UHGV virus genome: UHGV-0180032
Length of the DNA stretch: 64,000 bases
Origin: a virus
Strand: one strand, 5' to 3'
Under the pieces are notes generated by a model. It did not search any database and was not told where the DNA came from. It saw only the letters and a program-made list of their open reading frames with translations. Shown here one piece after another: positions 19,426 through 29,359 of this stretch. Within the stretch, counting starts at the first letter, position 1. Each line of letters starts with the position of its first letter. The position numbers were made by a program, and so were the translations under genes.

Positions 19426-20650
19426 GGCCGATGAAGTAATCGACGGTATCAGCAACGTTGAACCGGCAGAAGAGAACCTGGACGTCCAGCTTGCAGACGT
19501 TGCATCTATCGACGGTCAGCTCGAACAGCTGGAAACCGACGGTGAAACCCTGGCTGCCGATACCGAGCGTACTGAAGACGCTATCGAGCAGGCGGAAGAA
19601 GCCGTTGCTAACGGTGAAGAAATGCCGGAAGAAGCGGTTGCCCTGCACGAAGTGGCACAGGAATCCATCGCACGTCGTTGGAACCTGGAACGCACCAAAC
19701 TGGCTCGCGAATCCTATCGCCGTGGCCGTGGCATGACTGCTGCTGCGCAGGAAGGCTGGAAAGAAACCCTGAAAGGTCTTTACGAGCGCTTCATTCAGTT
19801 CTGTAAAGAAGTAATTGCGAAGATCAAAGACCTGAAACTGAAATATTTCAACGTCGGTAAGACCGCACAGAAACGTGCGAAGAAATATCAGGAAATGATC
19901 CGCAAGCTGGGCAAACAAGATAAAGACAACATTTCTGGCGGCTTTATCACCAAACTGTCCATCGAAGGTAAATTCGATGCTGCTGGCTCTATTGCCATTG
20001 CTAAAGAAGTGACCGCAGGTAAAGTTAAAGGTGCTATCAGTGCACTGGAAAAACAAGCTGGTGAAGCTGTGACTGCTGTTACCAAAGGTGACGATGACGC
20101 ATTCAAAGCGATGCGTGGCGATCAGCCGGTTGAACTGTTTGGTAAAGCAGCGTCTAAACTGCATTCTCTGCCGAACTTTGAAAACGGCGATGCGTCTAAA
20201 CTGCTGGCACTGCCGGGCAACGCTTACGTTCAGGCTGGTACTAAAGAACTGGCTGGCGGCCACAAGTTCACCGCAATTGCGTTCATGAGCACCGGTGACG
20301 CTTCTGACGATAAAGAAGTGGCTACTCCGTCTGTTTCCGAAATGGCTGGCGCGGCATCTGCTCTGGAAGCGATCGGTAAAGGCTTCGAAGCCGTACTGAA
20401 AGATTTCCGTGCTTACGATTCTGAAATCGTGAAACTGCAACAGGCTGCTGAAAAAGCGTCCAACGCGCTGAACAACGAAAAAGACGAAAGTAAGTGGGAA
20501 GGACTGCGTAATGCACGTCAGGCCGCTGATCAGTCTGTGAAGAACTACCAGACCCTGAACCGTGCCGTTAGCTATGTTGCTAACACCGTTATTAGCGGTC
20601 TGAACGGTTACCTGGGTGCTGGTATCGGCGCGTACAAAAAGTCTAAATAA
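19379..20650 (+). CDS. acidic virion-type protein, paralog 1 (423 aa)
   Basis: Host-optimal codons; paralogous to 20727..21989 (identical N-terminus MANFAKTRAARESMEA, shared KLGKQ.KD.ISGGFI and LNGY..AGI.AY.KSK). Confidence 0.8.
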   Translation: MANFAKTRAARESMEAADEVIDGISNVEPAEENLDVQLADVASIDGQLEQLETDGETLAADTERTEDAIEQAEEAVANGEEMPEEAVALHEVAQESIARRWNLERTKLARESYRRGRGMTAAAQEGWKETLKGLYERFIQFCKEVIAKIKDLKLKYFNVGKTAQKRAKKYQEMIRKLGKQDKDNISGGFITKLSIEGKFDAAGSIAIAKEVTAGKVKGAISALEKQAGEAVTAVTKGDDDAFKAMRGDQPVELFGKAASKLHSLPNFENGDASKLLALPGNAYVQAGTKELAGGHKFTAIAFMSTGDASDDKEVATPSVSEMAGAASALEAIGKGFEAVLKDFRAYDSEIVKLQQAAEKASNALNNEKDESKWEGLRNARQAADQSVKNYQTLNRAVSYVANTVISGLNGYLGAGIGAYKKSK

Positions 20651-20726
20651 TTAGACTTACGCTCGTACAGTTCTTGAAATAAATCAATAGGGGAACACGT
20701 CGTTCCCCTTAGAGGAAAAGCTTAAA

Positions 20727-20773
20727 ATGGCAAATTTCGCAAAAACTCGCGCCGCTCGTGAATCGATGGAAGC
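20727..20773 (+). repeat. 47-nt direct repeat, identical to 19379..19425
   Basis: Exact nucleotide identity read directly. Confidence 0.9.
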
Positions 20774-21989
20774 TACTGCTACTGTAGTTCCAGACGGCAT
20801 CGAACTGCCAGCAGAATCTGTTGAAGGTACTCTGGCCGATATCGAACATGATACCAAACCGATCGAAGCCCTGGACGCTGACGCTGAACTGCTGGCCGAA
20901 GACGGCGACGAAACCGATGCTCAGCTGGATGTCCTGGACGAAGCTCAGGCCGCTGCTGACGGTGAAGGTGCCGGTGAAGACGGCGAAGAGCCGATGGACG
21001 CTGAAGAAGATATGCCGGACGACGCAGCGACTGCGCTGGACGTTGCTCAGGAATCTATCCGTTCTCGTTGGAACTTCGAACACCGTTCTTCCGTTGCACA
21101 CGAATCCTACGGTTCTCGTAACCGTCGCCAGGTTGCTCGTGAATCCCTGTGGGAAGACATTAAAGCATTCCTGAAACGTATCTGGGAATGGCTGAAAGAA
21201 CAAGGCCGTAAGATCAAAGATCGTTGGCTGAAATTCTCCAACCAGGGTAAATCCATCCAGGCTCGTTCTAAGAAATACGACGAAGCTATTCGTAAACTGG
21301 GCAAACAGAAGAAAGATGAAATCTCTGGTGGCTTCATCAAGTCTCTGTCTATCGACGGTAAATTCGTTGGTGACGATCTGCCGCGCCTGAAGAATATCCT
21401 GAACCACGTTTCCACCTACTACAGTGGTAACGTTCAGAGCTTCCTGAACAACGGTACGGATATGGTTGGTAGCGTCGTTAAAGGCGATGGCGCTAAAGTT
21501 GAGAAACTGAAAGCAGACTTCGCTGCTCTGGCTAAAGAAGACGTTAGCAAGTTCAAACTTGGTAACATGGCGCTGAAGATGGAGTACGACGAAGAAGGCG
21601 GATTTAGCTCCAGCTATGTGGAAGCTGAAAACCGTGCTGAAACCAACGTGAAAACTCCGTCTGTTAGCGAACTGGCTAAGACCAATGCCTTCTTCAACGA
21701 AGTGGGTAAACAGATCGAGAAGAACGTTCTGGAATATCGTAAGACTGAACAGGCTCGCGAGAAATTCAGCCAGCAGATTGAGAAGCTGCTGAAAGAAATC
21801 GACAGCGTGAAGATCGACGAAAAACCGCAACTGACCGAATCTGTACGTACCGCACGTCGTTACATCAACAGCATTAACCAGGCAGTATCTCTGGGCGAGA
21901 AAGTTATTTCCTCTACTCAGAAACATCTGGCTGGCGGTCTGAACGGCTATATCTCCGCAGGTATCGCTGCTTACGAAAAATCTAAATAA
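20727..21989 (+). CDS. acidic virion-type protein, paralog 2 (420 aa)
   Basis: Paralogous to 19379..20650; optimal codons; strong terminator follows. Confidence 0.8.
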   Translation: MANFAKTRAARESMEATATVVPDGIELPAESVEGTLADIEHDTKPIEALDADAELLAEDGDETDAQLDVLDEAQAAADGEGAGEDGEEPMDAEEDMPDDAATALDVAQESIRSRWNFEHRSSVAHESYGSRNRRQVARESLWEDIKAFLKRIWEWLKEQGRKIKDRWLKFSNQGKSIQARSKKYDEAIRKLGKQKKDEISGGFIKSLSIDGKFVGDDLPRLKNILNHVSTYYSGNVQSFLNNGTDMVGSVVKGDGAKVEKLKADFAALAKEDVSKFKLGNMALKMEYDEEGGFSSSYVEAENRAETNVKTPSVSELAKTNAFFNEVGKQIEKNVLEYRKTEQAREKFSQQIEKLLKEIDSVKIDEKPQLTESVRTARRYINSINQAVSLGEKVISSTQKHLAGGLNGYISAGIAAYEKSK

Positions 21990-22007
21990 TCTCTGATTGT
22001 TTAGTAA

Positions 22008-22054
22008 GAGAACCACCCTGTAATGGGGTGGTTCTCCCTTTTCTTTTTTTTTTC
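22008..22054 (+). terminator. rho-independent terminator
   Basis: stem gagaaccaccc/ggggtggttctc followed by an ~18-nt T-run. Confidence 0.75.
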
Positions 22055-22071
22055 GCATTAAAAATAATCTT

Positions 22072-22107
22072 AGATATATATTACCTTAGTGAGATTACGC
22101 TGTAATC
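22072..22107 (+). promoter_or_regulatory. phage promoter motif (AGATATATATTACCTTAGTGAG) plus dyad gattac-N5-gtaatc
   Basis: One of five copies of the motif; contains TATATTAC; sits ~40 nt upstream of ATG 22145. Confidence 0.45.
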
Positions 22108-22144
22108 TTTTAACGACCTGTTTATTACGTTTAGGAGAATTATC

Positions 22145-22786
22145 ATGACACGTTACAATTTAGCTGACTTCTGCGATTGTGCCTTTTCTGTTGAAGGTGA
22201 CAAACTTGTAATGGCTGCGCCAAACGCAAGAGTCTTATCGTTGTATCAAGCCGAAGTTATTGCAATTTCGATTTGGTTAGCAAGGGCTATAGACGGCGGC
22301 TGTAAGGACCTTGATAAAGAAGTGTTGAAAGTCGGTCGTCGTGAATTTGTGTATAAAGCAGAAATCCAGAGCCGTTTACCGCAGACCTTTTTAAGCAACT
22401 TGCTTAAAGATGTCAACACCCCAGTTGTCAGCCGAACATTTGACGGGGTGAAATACTACTCTTTTGAAGATTCGCACATTGCTATCTGTGAAGGCGAGAA
22501 TAAGTTTTTTACGACCGTTATCTACTTTCGTATTGCCGAACCTACGAAAGAAGAACTGGTTTGCAACACTGCGAACGATGTGGCCGTGATGCGTATGGAC
22601 GATATCACCAGTGCACTATCTGGATTAAATGACATACCGCGTATTGTGGAGCGAGTCTTGGAAGGAGACGATTACTTTAAGCTGCTTCCGCTGGTAGCAA
22701 GCGAAGAAACAGAACAGGAAAGCGCTTTCATTCAGGTTAACCTTACCGCTGCGCAGGCGGTAGATCGTTTCTTCGAAGCTTTATAA
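22145..22786 (+). CDS. hypothetical protein (213 aa)
   Basis: ATG with AGGAGAA upstream; own promoter motif and terminator. Confidence 0.7.
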   Translation: MTRYNLADFCDCAFSVEGDKLVMAAPNARVLSLYQAEVIAISIWLARAIDGGCKDLDKEVLKVGRREFVYKAEIQSRLPQTFLSNLLKDVNTPVVSRTFDGVKYYSFEDSHIAICEGENKFFTTVIYFRIAEPTKEELVCNTANDVAVMRMDDITSALSGLNDIPRIVERVLEGDDYFKLLPLVASEETEQESAFIQVNLTAAQAVDRFFEAL

Positions 22787-22793
22787 TCAGAAT

Positions 22794-22819
22794 GCCCTCT
22801 ACGGAGGGCTTTATTTTTT
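22794..22819 (+). terminator. rho-independent terminator
   Basis: stem gccctc/gagggc followed by tttatttttt. Confidence 0.6.
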
Positions 22820-22839
22820 CGACCTTTAGGAGAATAGAA

Positions 22840-23391
22840 ATGAACAAATTTAATATCTTAGACGCTAAAATCGTATCCGAGTCTTCTATTCAGCAAGAAA
22901 TCTTTCGTGTTCAGTTCGGTGAGAAAGTTTTGAATATTCCGCGCCCAGTTATGATTGGGTTAGCGATATTCGTTAACAACAGCCATTGTAACGGTTCGGC
23001 GTTGTCGGTTCTTGAGTACGGTAACTATCAGTTCTATATTCCAGAACACCTCGAGTATAACCGTTTCATCGAACTTAAACCGTTCTATAAGTTCATGCTT
23101 GATGCGGGCTACTCGATTCTAACCAAAACGTATATTCGTGACTACTCGAAGTTAGAATCTTTCTATCGTGCTCGTGGTTTCCGTGTCCCACAACCGTTTG
23201 ACGGATACCAGACCCGTGTTGTGTTAACTGCACCGTTAACGAAAGAATTGGCTTCCTACAAACTGGATATCGAGCAGAAACTGCTGCGTGACGACTTACT
23301 GAAAATCTATAACCAGTTGTCCGTGGTGCCTTCTTCAACTATCTCGAACATTGAACCGGAGTACGGAATAAGACAATACATGGAAGGTTAA
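22840..23391 (+). CDS. hypothetical protein (183 aa)
   Basis: ATG 22840 with AGGAGAA upstream. Confidence 0.65.
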   Translation: MNKFNILDAKIVSESSIQQEIFRVQFGEKVLNIPRPVMIGLAIFVNNSHCNGSALSVLEYGNYQFYIPEHLEYNRFIELKPFYKFMLDAGYSILTKTYIRDYSKLESFYRARGFRVPQPFDGYQTRVVLTAPLTKELASYKLDIEQKLLRDDLLKIYNQLSVVPSSTISNIEPEYGIRQYMEG

Positions 23392-23392
23392 G

Positions 23393-23698
23393 ATGATACC
23401 GAGAGCCGACCGAATAGACGTGATACGTTTTGAAGAGTGTGAAACCGAGTACCAGGTTAAACGTATCGAATTACGTTTAGTTATCCCTAAGCTAAACGAA
23501 CCTGAGTGGAACGGTGAGCTAATGGTACCGCTTGCCGAACCAATTAAAACGGGGACAGGCGAGATTAATTATCTCCATTTAGAGGCGGCGGGTCGAAAAG
23601 TAACCGTTTGGCATCTTGCTGACGGTTACAAAACCAGTCAGCTTACACGTAAAGCATTTATTCGTAAATTGAGAGAATCGATAGGAGTTGTGAAATGA
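23393..23698 (+). CDS. hypothetical protein (101 aa)
   Basis: ATG with AGG upstream; overlaps DHFR start. Confidence 0.6.
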   Translation: MIPRADRIDVIRFEECETEYQVKRIELRLVIPKLNEPEWNGELMVPLAEPIKTGTGEINYLHLEAAGRKVTVWHLADGYKTSQLTRKAFIRKLRESIGVVK

Positions 23699-24231
23699 CA
23701 GTTACTGTATCTTTGATTGCAGCAGCGGGACTTAATAATGAAATAGGGAAAGACAATAAACTCCCTTGGCATATTCCTGATGATCTGAAGAACTTCAAAG
23801 CACTTACGTCAGGTAAGGTCATCGTGATGGGAAGCAAGACATGGAAATCGTTAGGGTATAAACCCCTACCCAATCGCCACCATGTCGTGTTAACGAGAAG
23901 ACCTGGTGGCGTGCCCGAAATAAACGGGGTGCTTAACCTTAAGGGTGAAATGGGTTCGATTATTGAATTCCTCAAAATCGAGGTTGAGAAAAAGGGTTAT
24001 CCTAAGGAAATCTTTATTATTGGCGGTGCAGAGATTTACCAACAAGCGATGCCTTATGCAGATAAGATTTACTTGTCTCGTGTTGAGGTTAAGGTAGAGG
24101 GTGCGGATGCGTTCTTCCCTGAAATCGATCGTGATGTGTTTAAATTGACTTATAACTTAACACACTGCTCGAAACCAGAAAGTGATATTCCGCGTTGGCA
24201 TTATCAGATTTGGAAAAGAGATGGGAACTGA
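23695..24231 (+). CDS. dihydrofolate reductase
   Basis: DHFR signatures: IAAAGLNNEIGKDNKLPW, VIVMGSKTWKSL, IIGGAEIYQ; ATG with GGAG upstream. Confidence 0.8.
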   Translation: MTVTVSLIAAAGLNNEIGKDNKLPWHIPDDLKNFKALTSGKVIVMGSKTWKSLGYKPLPNRHHVVLTRRPGGVPEINGVLNLKGEMGSIIEFLKIEVEKKGYPKEIFIIGGAEIYQQAMPYADKIYLSRVEVKVEGADAFFPEIDRDVFKLTYNLTHCSKPESDIPRWHYQIWKRDGN

Positions 24232-24517
24232 GTTTGTAACTTTAGAAAAACTCTTTTTAGGCAGCGTCGCGAAAAGGAAGATAGCCAGTTTCACTTGGAG
24301 CCCCACTCCCGTAAAATACGCGTTTCTACGTCGTTTACACTACGAGAAAAGCATCAAGCTGGTCTTGGTCGTGTTGTTCGAAAACAAACGCGGATTGTTG
24401 ATTAATAATCATCGTTTTGCGGCGGAAATCTGGGCGACCACATCTGGCGGTGAAGAAGCGTCTGTTGGCTTTGATAACGATAAGGTTATCTTTGAGGGTA
24501 TACCTTATCTGTTATAG
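24221..24517 (+). CDS. hypothetical protein (98 aa)
   Basis: ATG 24221 overlapping the DHFR 3' end; ORF-track start 24182 lies inside DHFR. Confidence 0.45.
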   Translation: MGTEFVTLEKLFLGSVAKRKIASFTWSPTPVKYAFLRRLHYEKSIKLVLVVLFENKRGLLINNHRFAAEIWATTSGGEEASVGFDNDKVIFEGIPYLL

Positions 24518-24530
24518 CACAGATAAACAT

Positions 24531-24566
24531 AAAAGGGGACTTCGGTTCCCTTTTATTTTTTTTTTC
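24531..24566 (+). terminator. rho-independent terminator
   Basis: stem aaaaggg/ccctttt followed by a long T-run. Confidence 0.6.
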
Positions 24567-24607
24567 ATTTCGCGCCTGTGATATGACTATAACGAAGGAA
24601 CAAGCCA

Positions 24608-26116
24608 ATGCAACAGTATTTTGAAATTCCGTCGTTAGACGCGACCATTCGCAAACCAATAATCGATGGCGTTATACAACGTGTACTTAATGAATCAGGT
24701 ATTGATAAAGCAGCGGTTGTTTTCCTTGATGAATTCAATAGCGCACATCAGCCCGATTCCACGTTAGGCGACGGTACAGAAGTTGAGTACAGCTCGCCTG
24801 AAAAGGTGTATGTTGAAGTAGAAGAAGAACGCGATGAGTGGGCCAGAATCAATCGTCAGGTTGGTCAACAAGCCGAACCGTACTTCTTTGAAAACTCCGT
24901 CGATCAGGTGCGTGCCTGGCCCGTTAGAACGATGTATAACGTAACGGTAACGTTACGACGTACCAGTGCTTCTCGTGATGAGTTATTGCGCTGGACAAAC
25001 CGTTTAGACTCGTTAGTGGACATGGGTCGTTATTCGACGATGACCGAGTCAGAAGCGTTTTATTATATTCCGAAACCGGCACTGAAGTTATTGAACGCCT
25101 GTTATGTTGCCGCAGGGACTCGTGTACCGACGTTTGATGATTTTAAAGCCTATCTCAAGGCGTACTTTACCCCCGACGTGTTCCGCGCTGCTAACGTTGC
25201 CGGTGGACAGGAATCTATTGCGGTACGCTATGCACCTACTCGCTTAGAGACCGTATACGACGTTCAGACACCTGCCTGGGATAAAGACGAGAACCACTGG
25301 GAAGCCACATTCGTTGTGCGTTTCTCTTATCAGCGTCCTGAAGAGATTGTGGTTTCGTATCCGTATATCATCAACCAGACACCGCTTCCTGATGAATACT
25401 GGCCAGAGATAGACCCACCGTGGGTGTCTAACGAAGAACTGGTGTATCGACATCCGCAACAAAAGAATCTCGATTCAACGTGGTGGATTAACGAAACCCG
25501 TCAGTATATTCGTTTACCGTATCTGCTGTCACCGACAGAACAGTTCCACCGTACGCATTCCCCGTTAAAAGATAAACTCCTGCACGTCTTCGGCACAGAC
25601 GTTGTATTCGATGAAGACAACATGAGCTCACCGAAAGTGTTATCTGTCGAGGATTTGCCGTACGAGTGGAATCCAGATTTGTTGCCGTACATCGAACACT
25701 GTCGAGTAATAGACCCTACCGGACAGACGGGCGTCTTCCGTGTAGAGCTGTTCGAAGAAGGCCAAATCATCGAACCCCGTTTCTATCATTGGGAAGACAA
25801 TACCTTCTTTTTGAAAGGACGTGATTTAAAAGTTAACAAGAGTTACTACCTAACCGAATCGGTGATGTTCGACTGGCGAGGGATGAACCTGTGGCCACTC
25901 CAGCTTTATCCTAAAGCCGCGAAAGTGTTGATAGAATGGTTATTCCCAAAATGGGATGTACCGGACTGGTGGTGGGATAAACCCGTATTACCGCCGAGTG
26001 TTATCGACGACATTAATAAACTGATTCCTAACGTAGAAGCCCGCGTCTTGCTGACGGTGCTGAACTCGACCGTGATTACCATGCGAGGGACAGAGAATGC
26101 TCAAAGCGAAGCGTGA
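24608..26116 (+). CDS. hypothetical protein (502 aa), first gene of a five-gene operon
   Basis: ATG with AAGGAA upstream; no terminator until 30165. Confidence 0.7.
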   Translation: MQQYFEIPSLDATIRKPIIDGVIQRVLNESGIDKAAVVFLDEFNSAHQPDSTLGDGTEVEYSSPEKVYVEVEEERDEWARINRQVGQQAEPYFFENSVDQVRAWPVRTMYNVTVTLRRTSASRDELLRWTNRLDSLVDMGRYSTMTESEAFYYIPKPALKLLNACYVAAGTRVPTFDDFKAYLKAYFTPDVFRAANVAGGQESIAVRYAPTRLETVYDVQTPAWDKDENHWEATFVVRFSYQRPEEIVVSYPYIINQTPLPDEYWPEIDPPWVSNEELVYRHPQQKNLDSTWWINETRQYIRLPYLLSPTEQFHRTHSPLKDKLLHVFGTDVVFDEDNMSSPKVLSVEDLPYEWNPDLLPYIEHCRVIDPTGQTGVFRVELFEEGQIIEPRFYHWEDNTFFLKGRDLKVNKSYYLTESVMFDWRGMNLWPLQLYPKAAKVLIEWLFPKWDVPDWWWDKPVLPPSVIDDINKLIPNVEARVLLTVLNSTVITMRGTENAQSEA

Positions 26117-27467
26117 TAAGCCGTCAACTTTTGAACCTGTAGACCGGCCTATCCCCGAGTTAAACAAACCCCAGGACGGCGTAAAAGAAACCACCAATAT
26201 CGTTACGCAACCTACACGTACAACCGTTACTGACTTAGACCGTATTCCAAAGCAATACCTAATGAAGTATCTGGAAGGGTCAGCGTGGACGGTGGACTTC
26301 TTTAACTTCCTGAAAGGAAGAAACGACGCTAAGAAGTTTTTCGATTCGAAAGTGCTTACACCTGACCAACAGGTAGAGAAAATCATCGGGTTGGAACTGC
26401 GTGTAACGACACCACTCGACCGTAGCCAGGACAGCACGAACAAAACGTTCAGCATGTCCGGTGCTGCAACAATTGCAAACTCGATTATCCCTAACGAGGG
26501 ATGCTTTTTCATCGCTCCTATCGGTGATGGTCGTTTTGCGTTGTTTAACGTTACCAACGTTGTGCGTATGTCGAATAACAAAGTCGCGACGTACAACATT
26601 GAATACACCTTACTTTTCGAAGTTGACCCAGAAACCGCAGAAACGATTCGTCGTTGCACCGTACGTGAATACTACTACGTTGCAGAGCGTGCCTGGACAG
26701 GTGGCGATACACTTCTCACACCGAAAGAGTACCGTGCGTTCCTGGAAGTCGTTGACGCGATTGAAGACATTGAGCAGACGTATGTAAAACGTTTCTACGA
26801 CGGTGAAACGGCCACGTTGCTGTTCCCACACGATCGGCAGAGTGATGGTTTGCGCAGCCGTGCTTACTACGACGTGTTTTTAGCGTTGTTTGTGCGTGCA
26901 CTGGGGTTACGTACCGTAGGTAAGGATATTCAGATTTATCCGCATCCGCCGATGAACGTGGAAGACATTGAAACGGTGTGGACAGCGCTGCTGCAACAGT
27001 CACCAACGTTCTTAGCAGATTACAAACGTGACAGTACGGTGTGGCAACCGAAAACTTTCCGTACGATGCAACATCGTAACTCGGTAACGTGGTCGTTGAT
27101 CTCTGATACCCGATTCTTTACGGAAGAGTTAAAGCCAGGTTACGGGATGGCACAACGTTTCCCTGGTCAGTGGCCAGAATGGAAACCGTTTGAACCGGTT
27201 GAAGTTGAAAACTATCGTGGGAACGAAGGGGAGTCTATCCCAGCTTTCCTACCGCTGTCCTTTAAACCGTATTTGCTGAGCGAGACGTTCTACGACGGTT
27301 CTTACAGTTCGTTGTTGGAATACGGCTTGTACTTGTACCTGCATAAACGTCCGCTGCCGTCGGTAATTGCGTTAAAACTGTTTGAGGAAGTTTATAAGCT
27401 CCCGAAAGACGCACAGTTCTATTACATTCCGATGGTGTATCTGCTTTTAAGATATTCGAGGGATTAA
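26097..27467 (+). CDS. hypothetical protein (456 aa)
   Basis: ATG 26097 overlapping upstream gene by 20 nt. Confidence 0.65.
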   Translation: MLKAKRDKPSTFEPVDRPIPELNKPQDGVKETTNIVTQPTRTTVTDLDRIPKQYLMKYLEGSAWTVDFFNFLKGRNDAKKFFDSKVLTPDQQVEKIIGLELRVTTPLDRSQDSTNKTFSMSGAATIANSIIPNEGCFFIAPIGDGRFALFNVTNVVRMSNNKVATYNIEYTLLFEVDPETAETIRRCTVREYYYVAERAWTGGDTLLTPKEYRAFLEVVDAIEDIEQTYVKRFYDGETATLLFPHDRQSDGLRSRAYYDVFLALFVRALGLRTVGKDIQIYPHPPMNVEDIETVWTALLQQSPTFLADYKRDSTVWQPKTFRTMQHRNSVTWSLISDTRFFTEELKPGYGMAQRFPGQWPEWKPFEPVEVENYRGNEGESIPAFLPLSFKPYLLSETFYDGSYSSLLEYGLYLYLHKRPLPSVIALKLFEEVYKLPKDAQFYYIPMVYLLLRYSRD

Positions 27468-27468
27468 T

Positions 27469-28008
27469 GTGTCAGTGAAACGTAGTGCAGCATTTATGCT
27501 GTTCCATAAGTGGGTAGCATGGCGTGTTCCTGAATGGACGACCATTACCCAGTATATGTCGCAAGAACACGGATTGTTCTTGCCGGATGACGAAAAGAAA
27601 GCACGGGCGATTTTGTTGAACAAGAAAACGGTGTATATGCGACCATTTGAAGTGGCGGTGTATGCAGAGACCGGTGCCGCGTTAGATGTTCACGATCCGA
27701 ATGACGGTATTATCGTTTACGGGTATATCATGGAACACCTGGCAGATTGGTTACATTACATGCAAGAGCCACATCTGACGACGCGTAAAGTGCCGATAGA
27801 AGGACTCCGCCAGTTCAACGCCTTAGCGTGTAAACTCTTTCCCGTTGCTAACCGATACGGTTACTTTAAGAAACCGGAAGTGACGATGGCGACGTCGGTA
27901 CAAGCGTTATTTGGAGAGGTGCGTTTAGAAGCGCAGCAACACCGTTTTAACGATACGATAATGCGACGTATAGAAACGATTTATCGTAAAAGGGGAGGTA
28001 TACTGTAA
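27469..28008 (+). CDS. hypothetical protein (179 aa)
   Basis: GTG start immediately after upstream stop. Confidence 0.55.
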   Translation: MSVKRSAAFMLFHKWVAWRVPEWTTITQYMSQEHGLFLPDDEKKARAILLNKKTVYMRPFEVAVYAETGAALDVHDPNDGIIVYGYIMEHLADWLHYMQEPHLTTRKVPIEGLRQFNALACKLFPVANRYGYFKKPEVTMATSVQALFGEVRLEAQQHRFNDTIMRRIETIYRKRGGIL

Positions 28009-29327
28009 TGTCGTTTGGTCGGTTACAGAACATAGCAAACGTGCATATCGCACAAGCGGCGGGATTACCGGCCATCGAATACGTACCCATCATTACGGTA
28101 CGTGGCACAGTTATCAGCGTATTTAAAACGTTGTCGATAATCCATGCCAGTAACTTCGCACAGGACTTAACGACTATCACCCATCTTACCGTGATGATAC
28201 CGTTAAGCCAACAGCGTGTGTTAACGTCCTCCGCAGACGGGGATTTGTCCGTGAAAATTCTAATGCGGACAATGAACAAGAAAACCGTTGCGAAACTCGA
28301 CTATCGGGGTATCGTCGTAAACAACTACGATCCTGATATGGAATCGCCCACGATGTTCTTAGGTGAGTCTGACCAGAAAGCGTTAGCGGTCGTCACCCTG
28401 GAACTGATGGACGAGTCAATGTGGTTCTTACGTTGCCGTCAAGTCGGTGGGATTTATCACGAGACAGACGGTCTTAGTGTTGTTCGTGCACTGCTGGCAG
28501 ATACGTTACCTACCGGTGATGCGCCAGAAGGTCAGTTGGTGGGCGTGGAATACGAGGAAGAGGAGCAACAACCGTATCGGGATATTTTGATTCCTGACTC
28601 GGAAAGTTTCCTGTCCGTGTTCGATTACCTTCAGAACCGTTACGGGGTTTATAGCCAAGGGCTGGGGGTGTTCCTTTACAAACACCGTTGGTATATTTTC
28701 CAACCTTGGGACTCTAAGAAGTTTTCATCAGCGAAGAATAAGCTGGTGATTATAAACCTACCGAAAGAGAAAGCGGCGTATCTGAATAAGACCTGTCACA
28801 TTGACGGTGACGTGATTTACCTGATATGTGGGGGTGATGTCCACACCTTCGAAGATAAAGACTCCTTAGCACTAAACCAAGGTACCGGTTATCGTGTGGG
28901 GTCTATCCGTGCGTTGGATGGTCGTGCATCCTCGTTCTCGTCGGGTGACGTTTCTGCTACAACGTCTGATTCGTTCGTGTCAGCGGCTGACCCGACGCAA
29001 TATCCGGGTGGGGTAGTTAACGCACCAATTGACCCGAACCAACACTTCTCAGACACAGATAAACCGCAACGGTCTAAGTTAGCGGCGGCGAAAGGAACGC
29101 TAACCGCAACAACTTGGAACGCATCAACGTATGGCTTACTCCGTCCGGGGATGGCAGTAAAATACATTTATGCGAATAACTATGGTGTATACACGCGTTA
29201 CGGAACATTAGTTGCAGAAGTTTTCCAAGGTGCAATTGATGGCGGTTCAGCGGCTTCACCACGGTTTAATACCATTAGTCAGTTGACGTTGTGGCTGACT
29301 AATGAAAATTTTACATCCACAACGTAA
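28008..29327 (+). CDS. hypothetical protein (439 aa)
   Basis: ATG overlapping upstream stop (TAATG). Confidence 0.7.
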   Translation: MSFGRLQNIANVHIAQAAGLPAIEYVPIITVRGTVISVFKTLSIIHASNFAQDLTTITHLTVMIPLSQQRVLTSSADGDLSVKILMRTMNKKTVAKLDYRGIVVNNYDPDMESPTMFLGESDQKALAVVTLELMDESMWFLRCRQVGGIYHETDGLSVVRALLADTLPTGDAPEGQLVGVEYEEEEQQPYRDILIPDSESFLSVFDYLQNRYGVYSQGLGVFLYKHRWYIFQPWDSKKFSSAKNKLVIINLPKEKAAYLNKTCHIDGDVIYLICGGDVHTFEDKDSLALNQGTGYRVGSIRALDGRASSFSSGDVSATTSDSFVSAADPTQYPGGVVNAPIDPNQHFSDTDKPQRSKLAAAKGTLTATTWNASTYGLLRPGMAVKYIYANNYGVYTRYGTLVAEVFQGAIDGGSAASPRFNTISQLTLWLTNENFTSTT

Positions 29328-29359
29328 GTTATGTCGACAGCCACCTAAAGGATTTGTTA

